In this document: piece by piece, positions 18,054-26,831 of the stretch
Layout: every line of letters starts with the position of its first letter
Position numbering within the stretch: position 1 is the stretch's first letter
Virus record (IMG/VR): IMGVR_UViG_3300032086_001957
DNA length: 64,000 nt
Direction: 5' to 3' (one strand)
DNA from: an uncultured virus (IMG/VR IMGVR_UViG_3300032086_001957)
Lineage: Duplodnaviria; Heunggongvirae; Uroviricota; Caudoviricetes
Notes under the pieces: model-generated
The model's input: the letters and a program-made list of their open reading frames with translations, nothing else
The model's database searches: none
What the model was told of the DNA's origin: nothing
Program-made: the position numbers and the translations under genes

Positions 18054-18614
18054 CTATGTCTGTGGTATAAACCAGTTTGGTATTTGTCTTTTAGTCCACT
18101 TTGCAATATGTTTCTTATATAATATATAGTATTCTCTGTATGCTTTAACAACATTTTTATGTATTGCAAATTTATCTTTGATGTCTTGATGTTCAATTGC
18201 AATCTTAAATGGTGTTAAACCATTTCTTGGTAAATTCTTTGGTGGTTTCTCATACAAGTGAGCTTTCTTTTCAACCATGTGTACTTTACCATAACGATAT
18301 GTATATTCTTTACATAACTCTAACATAAAATTAAATAACCAATCGTAGTTATCTGCTGATTCTCTTAACCATATTGAACAAGGGTGTTTGTGATGACCAT
18401 CTTTGCAAATGATATCTTGTCTACCATCATTAAGATAATACTTTGTCATACGACCACCTCTTTTGTTCCAAGTCGTATAAATGTTACCATCTAACATTCT
18501 ATGATTTGTTCCAAGTAACTGCATTGATTCAGTAGGCATCTTTACAATATGTTTATCTAAATGATACTGTGCGGCTTTTCTAATATCTTCATCTAATATA
18601 AAATAATTCATCAA
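18054..18614 (-). CDS. Pyrimidine-dimer glycosylase / endonuclease V-like protein
   Basis: MN.F.LD...AAQYH.DKH.VKM..E..Q.L, H.KHPC.IW, EYTYRYGK.H, AYR.YY. Confidence 0.75.
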   Translation of the reverse strand: MMNYFILDEDIRKAAQYHLDKHIVKMPTESMQLLGTNHRMLDGNIYTTWNKRGGRMTKYYLNDGRQDIICKDGHHKHPCSIWLRESADNYDWLFNFMLELCKEYTYRYGKVHMVEKKAHLYEKPPKNLPRNGLTPFKIAIEHQDIKDKFAIHKNVVKAYREYYILYKKHIAKWTKRQIPNWFIPQT

Positions 18615-19123
18615 AAGTCCTTTTTAGTATTTTGTTCCCAACGATAAAAAATATGATCTTGTATTTCAATAGTTTTTGTTTTAGTATCTGCCCAAGATGG
18701 GTAAACATAATCTGCATGATAATGTGTTGCACCATCAGTAATATCAGGAACTCTGTATTCACCTTCAATTACTTTTTCTGCAAGTGTGTAAATCTCATGC
18801 CATATTTGTGGATACTTTATACTGTCAGGTAAACCATCACAATACCAACTAAACTGACATCTATTGATAATAGGTTTCAATCTATCTTCTGTTGGGTGTT
18901 TTCTATGTTCACCTTCGTAAACGACATCACAAATTGTATTTGGAAATCTTTCGTCATTTACTCTATTGATTGTTACAGCCATAACTGCAAGTCTACCTGC
19001 CGTTCCTTGATTTCTAGCTTCATGATATACATTATGTGTCATGCAAGATATTTCTTTATGCAAGTCATCAGAATCTACAACAGGCGTATACAACAATGTT
19101 GATAGTATTAATTCTTTTAACAT
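18611..19123 (-). CDS. Second SleB/Hydrolase_2-family hydrolase
   Basis: NVYHEARNQ, NRV....FPNTICDVV, CQFSWYCDG, GATHYHADYV.P.W, HIFY. Confidence 0.92.
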   Translation of the reverse strand: MLKELILSTLLYTPVVDSDDLHKEISCMTHNVYHEARNQGTAGRLAVMAVTINRVNDERFPNTICDVVYEGEHRKHPTEDRLKPIINRCQFSWYCDGLPDSIKYPQIWHEIYTLAEKVIEGEYRVPDITDGATHYHADYVYPSWADTKTKTIEIQDHIFYRWEQNTKKDF

Positions 19124-19344
19124 ATCTTTGAATCCTCTATAACTCCATATCTATTTAGATAGTGTACATCATTTCCATATACTTTGTCAACACTTACAAT
19201 ATTAATTGTAAATCTTTTATCTGAATCAGGATAAAATAATTCTATAATCTTTTCGTTATCTATTTCTCTACTAATAGTAAAAAATTGATTGAAAGTTTTT
19301 TTAGGCTCATCAATTGATGTTAATTGAATTCTTACTAAAAACAT
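19117..19344 (-). CDS. Hypothetical protein
   Basis: 75 aa in a tightly packed operon. Confidence 0.55.
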   Translation of the reverse strand: MFLVRIQLTSIDEPKKTFNQFFTISREIDNEKIIELFYPDSDKRFTINIVSVDKVYGNDVHYLNRYGVIEDSKIC

Positions 19345-19484
19345 TATACATTCTCCTCTATCTCTAAATCTTCTTTTATTTCATTAAAAAGATTATAAAA
19401 CACATTTGCTAAATCACTACCAACAGATGGATAATTTGTTGAGATAGTGATACCAATCAAAATTCCTACAATAAATTTTAACAT
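19344..19484 (-). CDS. Small membrane-anchored protein (46 aa, not in ORF track)
   Basis: MLKFIVGILIGITIS...; AGGAG SD; TAATG overlap. Confidence 0.55.
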   Translation of the reverse strand: MLKFIVGILIGITISTNYPSVGSDLANVFYNLFNEIKEDLEIEENV

Positions 19485-19492
19485 GATAACTC

Positions 19493-19681
19493 CTAGTATG
19501 GAAATTCGTTGTTAAGAAATTTATCTAACTCTGATTGTTGAAAAATATAATTTTTCTTTTTTTCAGGGTCAGATTCTTTTTTAATTTGTTGTTCTAACAA
19601 CTTAATTGCATCTGCAATATATTTGTATGCAACAAAATTTTTATCTATTCCAATAAGTCTTTCAGGTATGATTGGTAACAT
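19493..19681 (-). CDS. Hypothetical protein
   Basis: SD AAGGAG before MLPIIPERL. Confidence 0.55.
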   Translation of the reverse strand: MLPIIPERLIGIDKNFVAYKYIADAIKLLEQQIKKESDPEKKKNYIFQQSELDKFLNNEFPY

Positions 19682-19692
19682 ATCTCTCTCCT

Positions 19693-19956
19693 TTAGTAAA
19701 CGATTAATGATAATAAAATTGTGTTGAAGAAAAATCCAACAGAATTTGATACAATGTATAATGTATCTTTTCTCTGAATAGCTCTTAATAAAAATAAGAA
19801 CAATCCAGACCATATTAACAATACCATGTTGAGTGGTGGTAAGTTAGTTGATTTACCTAATATTACACTAACTGATGTTGGTAATGTTGCACTATGAATC
19901 AATATCATACCTATCCAACCACCTAGTTCACTCATTTTTTTTGTTATTTTTTTCAT
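19693..19956 (-). CDS. Three-TM membrane protein (PQ-loop/SemiSWEET-like)
   Basis: GWIG..L.....LP, three helices, YIVSN..G. Confidence 0.5.
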   Translation of the reverse strand: MKKITKKMSELGGWIGMILIHSATLPTSVSVILGKSTNLPPLNMVLLIWSGLFLFLLRAIQRKDTLYIVSNSVGFFFNTILLSLIVY

Positions 19957-19987
19957 AATATTCTCTCTTTCTTATTAATATATGAAT

Positions 19988-20057
19988 ATTATGACAGAAA
20001 ATTGACTTGTTGTCAATACAAAATGCAAAAAAAGATTCGTTTAAAATCAAGGACTTA
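19988..20057 (-). promoter_or_regulatory. Sigma70 promoter with conserved upstream TAAGTCCTTGATTTTAA box
   Basis: Box 20057-20041, T-tract, TTGACA 20016-20011, 17 nt, CATAAT. Confidence 0.7.
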
Positions 20058-20468
20058 TCAAATAACATAGTTATCCCATACCATTTGTGTGAGTTTTTCT
20101 TCTAAATTATAGGCTTCTTTCTCCCACGGTAGGTCATGATAGTCTATTTCTTCTGAATTTATTTGTTGATTATCCCATTTAGTGCCTGAATCATTTAGTT
20201 TTTTTCTAACATATTGTCGAATGTGAACCATCTCATGACATAATGTTTCAACTAATTCTACAATAGAAACATTTTTATCTAACTCGATTTCAAATTCTCT
20301 ATTGTCTAATTGTGTTGCATAACCATAAGATTCTTTAATTGTTTTGAAAACAACTTCAATATCAATGACTTTTATTTTTGGAAGCAATACATAAATCATA
20401 TAACGAATTACTTTTAGTGCAATATCTCTTTGATATTTTTTACCACCAGTAATGTTAATATAATTCAT
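20058..20468 (-). CDS. HEXXH zinc metallopeptidase-like protein
   Basis: TLCHEMVHIRQY ... Y.DLPWEKEA. Confidence 0.8.
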   Translation of the reverse strand: MNYINITGGKKYQRDIALKVIRYMIYVLLPKIKVIDIEVVFKTIKESYGYATQLDNREFEIELDKNVSIVELVETLCHEMVHIRQYVRKKLNDSGTKWDNQQINSEEIDYHDLPWEKEAYNLEEKLTQMVWDNYVI

Positions 20469-20490
20469 ATTATCACCTAAAGAGTAAAGG

Positions 20491-20543
20491 AAGGGTCAAT
20501 CTCATATAGAGAGAGTTGAGAGAGAAAAGAAAGACTGACCCTT
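20491..20543 (-). ncRNA. Hairpin with large pyrimidine-rich loop (possible small RNA or terminator)
   Basis: AAGGGUCAGUCU/AGAUUGACCCUU stem; loop UUCUUUUCUCUCUCAACUCUCUCUAUAUG. Confidence 0.4.
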
Positions 20544-20549
20544 ATAGTG

Positions 20550-21011
20550 TTATTTGATTAAACCTACCTTGTAAACTGTTCTACCATTTTCACGCATTGC
20601 AGTTAAGATTTGTTTCTTATTGTCATCAGGATTGTATGATACATGAACCCAACCTGAATCTGGTATGCCTGGTGTATAGAACTCTAGGATTACTTGTCTG
20701 AATTCACAGTTGTCAACAATCCATTGAGCTAGATCACCATTTGCAACGCCAGGTACTTCTATATCTGCGGCCATACCTTTGCAATGATCTGATGTCTTTG
20801 AACCACCAACAGCTGAATTTACATCTGGATGTCTAAAACCAGAATTAACTTTTGTAGGGCCAAACTCATCTCTGACTTTTTGTAAAACATTTTCGCATAA
20901 TGCTTTTAAATTATTTTCTTCAGTTTCGCCAGGTGTATTATCAAGTCCTTTTCTTAAAGCTGTTTCTGACTTTGTCATCTCATGTAATGAGAAATTTTTA
21001 CTTAACTTCAT
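20550..21011 (-). CDS. Peptidase M15 endolysin-like protein
   Basis: LSKNFSL.E..KS.TA, SGFR...N.AVGGS.TSDH..G.AAD, WVHVSY. Confidence 0.92.
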   Translation of the reverse strand: MKLSKNFSLHEMTKSETALRKGLDNTPGETEENNLKALCENVLQKVRDEFGPTKVNSGFRHPDVNSAVGGSKTSDHCKGMAADIEVPGVANGDLAQWIVDNCEFRQVILEFYTPGIPDSGWVHVSYNPDDNKKQILTAMRENGRTVYKVGLIK

Positions 21012-21592
21012 GTATACTTTTCTCCTTCTGTTGTGAATTCACTTATGTGAGGATATTCTTTTTCATTTTCTTCCATGATTGATTTTAGAATATGTTCAGG
21101 GTCTGTTTCACCATATGGATCATCTTCTGCAATATCTTTGAAACCAGGCTCTTCAAACCATAATTTTATTTTATTATTGTCAATCAAACACGCATATCTC
21201 CAAGACCTCATACCAAAACCTAGATTATGTTTATCAACTAACATACCCATTAGTCTAGTAAATTGTGCATTACCATCAGGTAATACTTTTACTTTTTCGA
21301 TTCCTTGAGCTTTTGCCCATGCGTTCATAACAAATGCATCATTTACTGACATACAATAAATTTCGTCAATACCTTCTTTCATATAAAAGTCATATAACTT
21401 TTCAAAGTTTGGTAATTGATATGTTGAACAAGTTGGTGTAAATGCACCAGGCAAACTAAACAATACAACTCGTTTATCTTTGAAAATATTGTGAGTAAAT
21501 CTATGTTCCCATTTGTATGGATTATCTCCACCAATAGATTCATCTCTTACTCTCATATACAAAAATACGCCAGGTATAGTTTTTCCTATCAT
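21008..21592 (-). CDS. Peroxiredoxin (Prx5/redoxin type)
   Basis: LPGAFTPTCS, SVNDAFVMNAW, PDGN, RSWRY. Confidence 0.95.
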   Translation of the reverse strand: MIGKTIPGVFLYMRVRDESIGGDNPYKWEHRFTHNIFKDKRVVLFSLPGAFTPTCSTYQLPNFEKLYDFYMKEGIDEIYCMSVNDAFVMNAWAKAQGIEKVKVLPDGNAQFTRLMGMLVDKHNLGFGMRSWRYACLIDNNKIKLWFEEPGFKDIAEDDPYGETDPEHILKSIMEENEKEYPHISEFTTEGEKYT

Positions 21593-22065
21593 TTTTTCAC
21601 CTCTTGCATATAGTTATCGTTCCAACCAAACGCTTCTTTGACTACATTCTCTGATAAACCTTTATAAACTTGATGTAATCTTTTATCTTTTGCATTGATT
21701 ACAACTTGTGCTTCAGAATCATGTAGACCTTCTAACATTTGAATAAACATTTGTTCTCTTTTGAAAACTGGAGTTTTATCGTCACCACCTTTGATGAAAC
21801 GATATAACTTTTTAGCTTCTTTTGATAATAGAGTATGTTCAGTTCCTTCAGGTGCTTCGTTCTTAATGTAAGGAACTTCACCTTTAGGAACTATCCATTC
21901 TATCTTTGGATCGAAAGATGATTTGATAATCATTCTTAACGCTTGTGAATCGTGTTCTTGTAACACTTTAATTTTTTTGTCTTTAACTTTTGCATTATTA
22001 ACTTTCGTTAATACTTCAGAAATTAAAGGTGTGTAGTTTTGTACTGCCATCTTAAAAGTCTCCAA
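21589..22065 (-). CDS. Conserved T4-like hypothetical protein
   Basis: P.G.VPY, L..E..KLYRF.KGG, KRE.MFIQMLEGLH..EA. Confidence 0.7.
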   Translation of the reverse strand: METFKMAVQNYTPLISEVLTKVNNAKVKDKKIKVLQEHDSQALRMIIKSSFDPKIEWIVPKGEVPYIKNEAPEGTEHTLLSKEAKKLYRFIKGGDDKTPVFKREQMFIQMLEGLHDSEAQVVINAKDKRLHQVYKGLSENVVKEAFGWNDNYMQEVKK

Positions 22066-22924
22066 TATCTTGAATTAAATTTTTTAATTTTTTAGATATG
22101 AAATAATTCAATATTTTACTTCTATCACCAACAGGCTTCTTATCAAATTCTTTCATAATCTTTGTTTGTATTTCTTCTGGTATATAGTCAAAATCAATTA
22201 GTGTTCTATTTCTCTGATAGTTTCTTAAAATAGTTTCATTACTACAAAACTCATCTGGTTCTAATTCAACCCAAGTGCTCAGTTTTTTCTTTGTAATAGG
22301 TTTCTGTCTTAAACCATCTACAAAACAATTGTCTGGTGATAAAAAGTTAGGTATACCATCACTTCTATCTCCCTTAATTATATGTTCTTTTATATAAGTT
22401 AAAGGATTCACACCATTAACAAATTTCTTTGCTATTGGACTGTATTGTTTTACAAATGAGTGTTTTTGTAGTTGAATGAAATCTTTGTCACTTGATAATA
22501 TCAAAACTTGTTCCAGACCACCTCTTTTATTGACATCACTAACAACTGTTGCAATGATGTCATCGGCTTCTGCACCTTCGACTTCAATAACTTTGTAAGG
22601 AAATACTTCTTTCAATTCACTACGAATATTCGTAAATGTTTCAAAAATTAAATTCCAATCGTGTTCAGACTTTTCTCTATCTTTCTTACGATTGAATTTA
22701 TAATTAGGAAATACTTCTCTACGCCATACTTTTCTATTATCATAACATAATACAATTTCACCAAATTTTTCATTAAATTTAGAACGATATGTTCTTATAG
22801 AATTAAGTGTCATATGTCGAACTAAATCTTCTTCAATATCATTATTTTTAGATGCACTAATTTGCATCATCAAATTAGATATCATCACTTGGTTTGTATC
22901 AACTAATATCATTTTATATTCCAA
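22052..22924 (-). CDS. rnh: T4-type RNase H (5'-3' exonuclease)
   Basis: ILVD.NQ, WRR..FP.YK..R, EADDIIA, SSDKDF.QL, GDRSDGIPN. Confidence 0.95.
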   Translation of the reverse strand: MEYKMILVDTNQVMISNLMMQISASKNNDIEEDLVRHMTLNSIRTYRSKFNEKFGEIVLCYDNRKVWRREVFPNYKFNRKKDREKSEHDWNLIFETFTNIRSELKEVFPYKVIEVEGAEADDIIATVVSDVNKRGGLEQVLILSSDKDFIQLQKHSFVKQYSPIAKKFVNGVNPLTYIKEHIIKGDRSDGIPNFLSPDNCFVDGLRQKPITKKKLSTWVELEPDEFCSNETILRNYQRNRTLIDFDYIPEEIQTKIMKEFDKKPVGDRSKILNYFISKKLKNLIQDIGDF

Positions 22925-22946
22925 TCACTTCAATTATATATATGCG

Positions 22947-23420
22947 TCAAGAATTATTAGAGTAATAATCGTAATCCATTTCTTTTGTCCATACTGCATC
23001 AATATCTTCATAGTATACATTTACAACTCTTTTTATACTACCATCATCATTGTATGCAGGTGCAATGCACTTCCAGATAACTGTTCTATTTTCTTCAGGG
23101 CCGACATAATTACTTGACCATATACCATCAGATAGATAACTGTTTAACATTCTAATATAACCTTCTATATCAGATATTCTTTGCAAGTTTCTATCTCTCA
23201 TTAAAGAACTCTTTTCTGAACGCAAAGCTTCTTTCTGAACTTTAATATATTCTTTTACATTCTTAAATGAAAATGGGTCATCTTCATCTCTTGCAAGAAC
23301 AGATGGGTGAATAGATTTGTATTCAGGGGGATTCTCTTTTAATCGCTTTTCTCTTGCGATTCTTAATCTCTCAATTGCGGCCTCCCTTTGTTCAGGAGAC
23401 ATTTTTCTTTTACCTACCAT
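22947..23420 (-). CDS. Hypothetical protein
   Basis: 157 aa, MSPEQREAAIERL..ARE. Confidence 0.65.
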   Translation of the reverse strand: MVGKRKMSPEQREAAIERLRIAREKRLKENPPEYKSIHPSVLARDEDDPFSFKNVKEYIKVQKEALRSEKSSLMRDRNLQRISDIEGYIRMLNSYLSDGIWSSNYVGPEENRTVIWKCIAPAYNDDGSIKRVVNVYYEDIDAVWTKEMDYDYYSNNS

Positions 23421-23673
23421 AACCTAAAGACTTTATTTTTTCCATTTTTCTTTGAAATCTTCTAGCACCAGCAGCTTCCATCTTTCTGCGTTTTGTTCCT
23501 TTAGATTCAAAAAAACTTTTATCTCTGATGTCTTGTAAGACACCACCTTTTGCAACTCGTTTCTTTAAAACTCTTAATGCACCAGTTACATCATCACCTT
23601 TAACATCTACACGAATACCTCGTATGATACTTTTAGGTTTAGATGGATTGTGTCTGTATTTGTTTTCTTTCAT
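23410..23673 (-). CDS. rpsU: Ribosomal protein bS21
   Basis: V.V.GDD...ALR.LKK.....G.L.D.R...FFE.....RR....A..RR pattern. Confidence 0.8.
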   Translation of the reverse strand: MKENKYRHNPSKPKSIIRGIRVDVKGDDVTGALRVLKKRVAKGGVLQDIRDKSFFESKGTKRRKMEAAGARRFQRKMEKIKSLGYGR

Positions 23674-23693
23674 ATTCCTCTTTCAAAAATTAA

Positions 23694-23722
23694 AGTATAA
23701 CAAAACATATTAAATATGTCAA
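23694..23722 (-). promoter_or_regulatory. Sigma70-type promoter for the bS21 operon
   Basis: TTGACA-17-TATACT. Confidence 0.65.
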
Positions 23723-23946
23723 GTTTTGATTCTTCTTGATTTACTTATAATATCTCTGACGATAAATCTATCGACTGCATCACCAATGAATGGAACATAT
23801 GTAACATCTTTCATTCGTTGATTTGTTGCATCAAAGATTTCTTCTTTAGTTGCATTAATGTTGAATTTACCCTCTGGGCCTAAAAATCTATAACATTCGT
23901 CAAGAAATTTCTGACCTTCAGGAGTTACCGCTTGTAATGTTGACAT
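23719..23946 (-). CDS. Hypothetical protein, paralog of 2087..2350
   Basis: FLDECYRFLGPEG...TKEEI...GDAVDRFIVRD. Confidence 0.6.
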   Translation of the reverse strand: MSTLQAVTPEGQKFLDECYRFLGPEGKFNINATKEEIFDATNQRMKDVTYVPFIGDAVDRFIVRDIISKSRRIKT

Positions 23947-23974
23947 AGTAAACTCTCTTTACAGTAATGACATC

Positions 23975-24004
23975 ATTATACAACAATGATATATGTTTTG
24001 TCAA
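23975..24004 (-). promoter_or_regulatory. Sigma70-type promoter
   Basis: TTGACA-18-TATAAT. Confidence 0.55.
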
Positions 24005-24029
24005 GTTTGTGCTACATCAACTACTTATA

Positions 24030-24203
24030 TTAAAATAAACTTTTACTTTTAAGATATTTTACTCTACAAGCATAGTCTTTTCTATCTACTGACTTTGCAA
24101 GGTAATCTTCAACATAGTTTTCTGTTGGTGTTCTTGTCCATCTTTTGTACAAGTCATATACGATTGGGTATATACCTTTTGTTGAGATTTTAAAAGGTAT
24201 CAT
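24030..24203 (-). CDS. Small protein (57 aa), DUF3563-like YLAKSVD motif
   Basis: MIPFKIS...EDYLAKSVDRKDYACRVKYL...*; GGGGG SD; ATGA overlap. Confidence 0.5.
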   Translation of the reverse strand: MIPFKISTKGIYPIVYDLYKRWTRTPTENYVEDYLAKSVDRKDYACRVKYLKSKSLF

Positions 24204-24298
24204 ATAATTCTACCCCCATATAGCTTGATTCTTGATTCGATTTGATTTTTTCTACTGATTAGTAGGAACATATAGATTTTTTTGAGTGTTTTTAACAT
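24200..24298 (-). CDS. Micro-ORF (32 aa)
   Basis: MLKTLKKIYMFLLISRKNQIESRIKLYGGRII*; AGGGG SD. Confidence 0.4.
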   Translation of the reverse strand: MLKTLKKIYMFLLISRKNQIESRIKLYGGRII

Positions 24299-24309
24299 TG
24301 ATTGTCCCC

Positions 24310-24384
24310 TTAAAGAATTGTGATTACAAAAATTAGAAATGCGATTGTTAAGGGTGATATTGTGAATTGAATAAATTGTGACAT
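24310..24384 (-). CDS. Hydrophobic micro-peptide (24 aa)
   Basis: MSQFIQFTISPLTIAFLIFVITIL*; AAGGAG SD. Confidence 0.45.
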   Translation of the reverse strand: MSQFIQFTISPLTIAFLIFVITIL

Positions 24385-24458
24385 TGATTCTCCTTTCTGA
24401 ATAAGTTGATTTATACTTATATTTAGAAAAAGAATTTATATGTGAATAATACTAGTAT

Positions 24459-24812
24459 TTATTCTTTATTTGAATAAGTTTCTTTTTGATGTAGTTTTAC
24501 AAAATATTCTGCATCAACTACAATTAATGGTTTCTTTCCATTCTTTTTCATAACAACTATTGGTTCATAATTGTTACTATTGTCTATCGCTTGATTATAT
24601 GCTTCCCATACATTAAGTTTCTCTACATTTTTACATTCGATAGAATATGGAAACTTTTCTCTAGCCGCACGAGCCATAATTAAATCTTCACCAGACGCAC
24701 CCATTGAACGACTTTCTACATCTTCAGGGTGAACACCTAATTGTTCTACAAGTTTATCTCGAATCCATTGTTGTAATCTACGACCTTTTGATTTTGCACT
24801 TTGAGTTTTCAT
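24459..24812 (-). CDS. Holliday-junction-resolvase-like PD-(D/E)XK nuclease
   Basis: SAKSKGR.LQ, MGASGEDL, SIECKN, A..QA. Confidence 0.8.
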   Translation of the reverse strand: MKTQSAKSKGRRLQQWIRDKLVEQLGVHPEDVESRSMGASGEDLIMARAAREKFPYSIECKNVEKLNVWEAYNQAIDNSNNYEPIVVMKKNGKKPLIVVDAEYFVKLHQKETYSNKE

Positions 24813-25426
24813 TTTCTGTTTCTTATTTCTTTGACAGCAGGTAAACCTAATATTTCCCTTTTATCATATTTAAAATCTGCATAAGGCCCATTCTTATCTA
24901 CATAATGTAAAAATACTTGTATTTGTTTTTTACTGATGTTGATATTTCTCCAATGGTCACATTCTGTTCCTTGATACACACACATATCACCAACATTTAA
25001 AGGTAAAGGTTTTTCTTCTCCTTTTAAATCTTCAAACCAAATATCCCAAGGATTTTCTTCAATGTATAATGGAAGTGTTACAGAATATTGACATGAGGGT
25101 CTATCTTTATGTCGTCTTAAAGTGTCTTTGTGTTTATATATTCTTGCATAAGAATAACAAGGATATAATTCTTTTTGAATTATTTCTTCAACTTTAGGTA
25201 GTAATTGTAATAATAATGTTTCTGTGAAAAATGCACTATAACAAGAAAATGTTGATGGTGCTTGACTATCACCAAAATTCCACACACTTATACTATTTTC
25301 ATTAATATTTTCTCTATGTAGTAGTGCTTTAGAATATAATGTAAATTCGTTTGCAATAAATTCACATAAGTTTTTTTCTATTGCATTTTTTTCAATATGA
25401 TAACCATATTCATAAAAACCATTCAA
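24809..25426 (-). CDS. 2OG-Fe(II) oxygenase
   Basis: YSYARIY, HKDRPSC, GD...Y.G....HWR, QVFLHYV. Confidence 0.88.
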   Translation of the reverse strand: MNGFYEYGYHIEKNAIEKNLCEFIANEFTLYSKALLHRENINENSISVWNFGDSQAPSTFSCYSAFFTETLLLQLLPKVEEIIQKELYPCYSYARIYKHKDTLRRHKDRPSCQYSVTLPLYIEENPWDIWFEDLKGEEKPLPLNVGDMCVYQGTECDHWRNINISKKQIQVFLHYVDKNGPYADFKYDKREILGLPAVKEIRNRK

Positions 25427-25427
25427 A

Positions 25428-25577
25428 TCAATCTTCCCAATCTTCTATTGCATTATCATCTTGTAAGTCTATGGGGCTACCACAGAATGTACAATATTTT
25501 ATAATATATAGTGTTTCTTCTAAATCATGTTTTACTTGATATTCAGCAGAACATTCTTCGCATACTACTATTTTCAT
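25428..25577 (-). CDS. Small zinc-ribbon protein (49 aa, not in ORF track)
   Basis: CEEC...YCTFCG, acidic tail; TAATG overlap with nrdB. Confidence 0.7.
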   Translation of the reverse strand: MKIVVCEECSAEYQVKHDLEETLYIIKYCTFCGSPIDLQDDNAIEDWED

Positions 25578-26821
25578 TAAGCTGCCTCATAAGCTTCTTC
25601 CCAATCACCTTTTAGTCCTGCAACTTCATATTCTGTTACACGATTTTCAAAAAAGTTTGTATGGTCTGCACCATTTAAAACCCACTCTAACCACGGTAAT
25701 GGATTCTCTTTGACTTTAAAGTTAGTTTTTAGACCAAGTTGTAATAACCTTCTATCTGTTATATATCTGATATATTTTTTAACATCTGAAGAATTTAAAC
25801 CTTGTATATCTCCTAACTTATACGCTAAGTCAACAAACTTATCTTCTAGTTTTACAGCAACACGAGCCATCTCATAAATTTGTAGTTTCATGTCATCATT
25901 TACAATCTTTGGATGTTCTGCACAATAACTTCTGAACAATTTAGAATTACCTTCAACATGCATTGATTCATCTCTAATTGACCATTCTACAACTTTACCC
26001 ATACCTTTCATCTTACCATGTCTTTGAAAGTTTAGTAACATTACAAATGATGCAAATAAAGCTACACCTTCATTGAATACAGATTTTGCAAGTGATAATG
26101 CAAGACCTTTTACTGAAGATGTATCTGAATCAACCATAAACTCAAGTTTATCAGTCATTTCTTTATATTCTAAAAACGCATGATATTCTTCGTCTGGTAA
26201 TCCAAGTGTTTCGTTAAGTAGTGCATATGCTCTCTGATGAACACCTTCTCTTGATGCAAATGAACCTAACATATTACGAACTTCGTTATTTTTAAATTTA
26301 GGAATGAACTGGTCATAGTAGTTTTGACCAACTGCAACATCTGATTGTGTGAATAGTCTTAATATGTTTGTTACATATTCTTTTTCAACACTATTCATTT
26401 TACCAGATTTCCAATCTGCAACATCTTCACCTAAATCTAATTCATCTTCAATCCAATGTGCTTTTTCATGTCTTGTTGTTAATTCAACAGCCCAAGGATA
26501 ATGAAATGGTTTATATGTTTTACTAAACTTTAATAAACCACCACTTCTTTTCTTTAATAAGTCATCAGAAATTTTCATCAAATCATCATACCCACCAACA
26601 AGATTGTCATCAATAAAGATTTGTGGAACTGAATTAATTCTACGAATTTCTACACTTTCACCTACAGTTTCTTGTATGTTATTCATAGACTGATAAAATG
26701 CAAGTCTTTCATTTTCATTATCCATTAAATCTTCTGTATAGATGAAACCATGTTCATCAAACCATTCTTTAGCCTTTACACAAAATGGGCAACCTGTTTT
26801 TGATACTATTCTTATTTTCAT
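25577..26821 (-). CDS. nrdB: Glutaredoxin-ribonucleotide reductase beta subunit fusion
   Basis: N-terminal CPFC...SVPQIF...GGY; LFTQSD, EGVHQRAY, EGVALFASF, RDESMH, NFFE.RVTEY. Confidence 0.95.
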   Translation of the reverse strand: MKIRIVSKTGCPFCVKAKEWFDEHGFIYTEDLMDNENERLAFYQSMNNIQETVGESVEIRRINSVPQIFIDDNLVGGYDDLMKISDDLLKKRSGGLLKFSKTYKPFHYPWAVELTTRHEKAHWIEDELDLGEDVADWKSGKMNSVEKEYVTNILRLFTQSDVAVGQNYYDQFIPKFKNNEVRNMLGSFASREGVHQRAYALLNETLGLPDEEYHAFLEYKEMTDKLEFMVDSDTSSVKGLALSLAKSVFNEGVALFASFVMLLNFQRHGKMKGMGKVVEWSIRDESMHVEGNSKLFRSYCAEHPKIVNDDMKLQIYEMARVAVKLEDKFVDLAYKLGDIQGLNSSDVKKYIRYITDRRLLQLGLKTNFKVKENPLPWLEWVLNGADHTNFFENRVTEYEVAGLKGDWEEAYEAA

Positions 26822-26831
26822 ATTTTATCCT

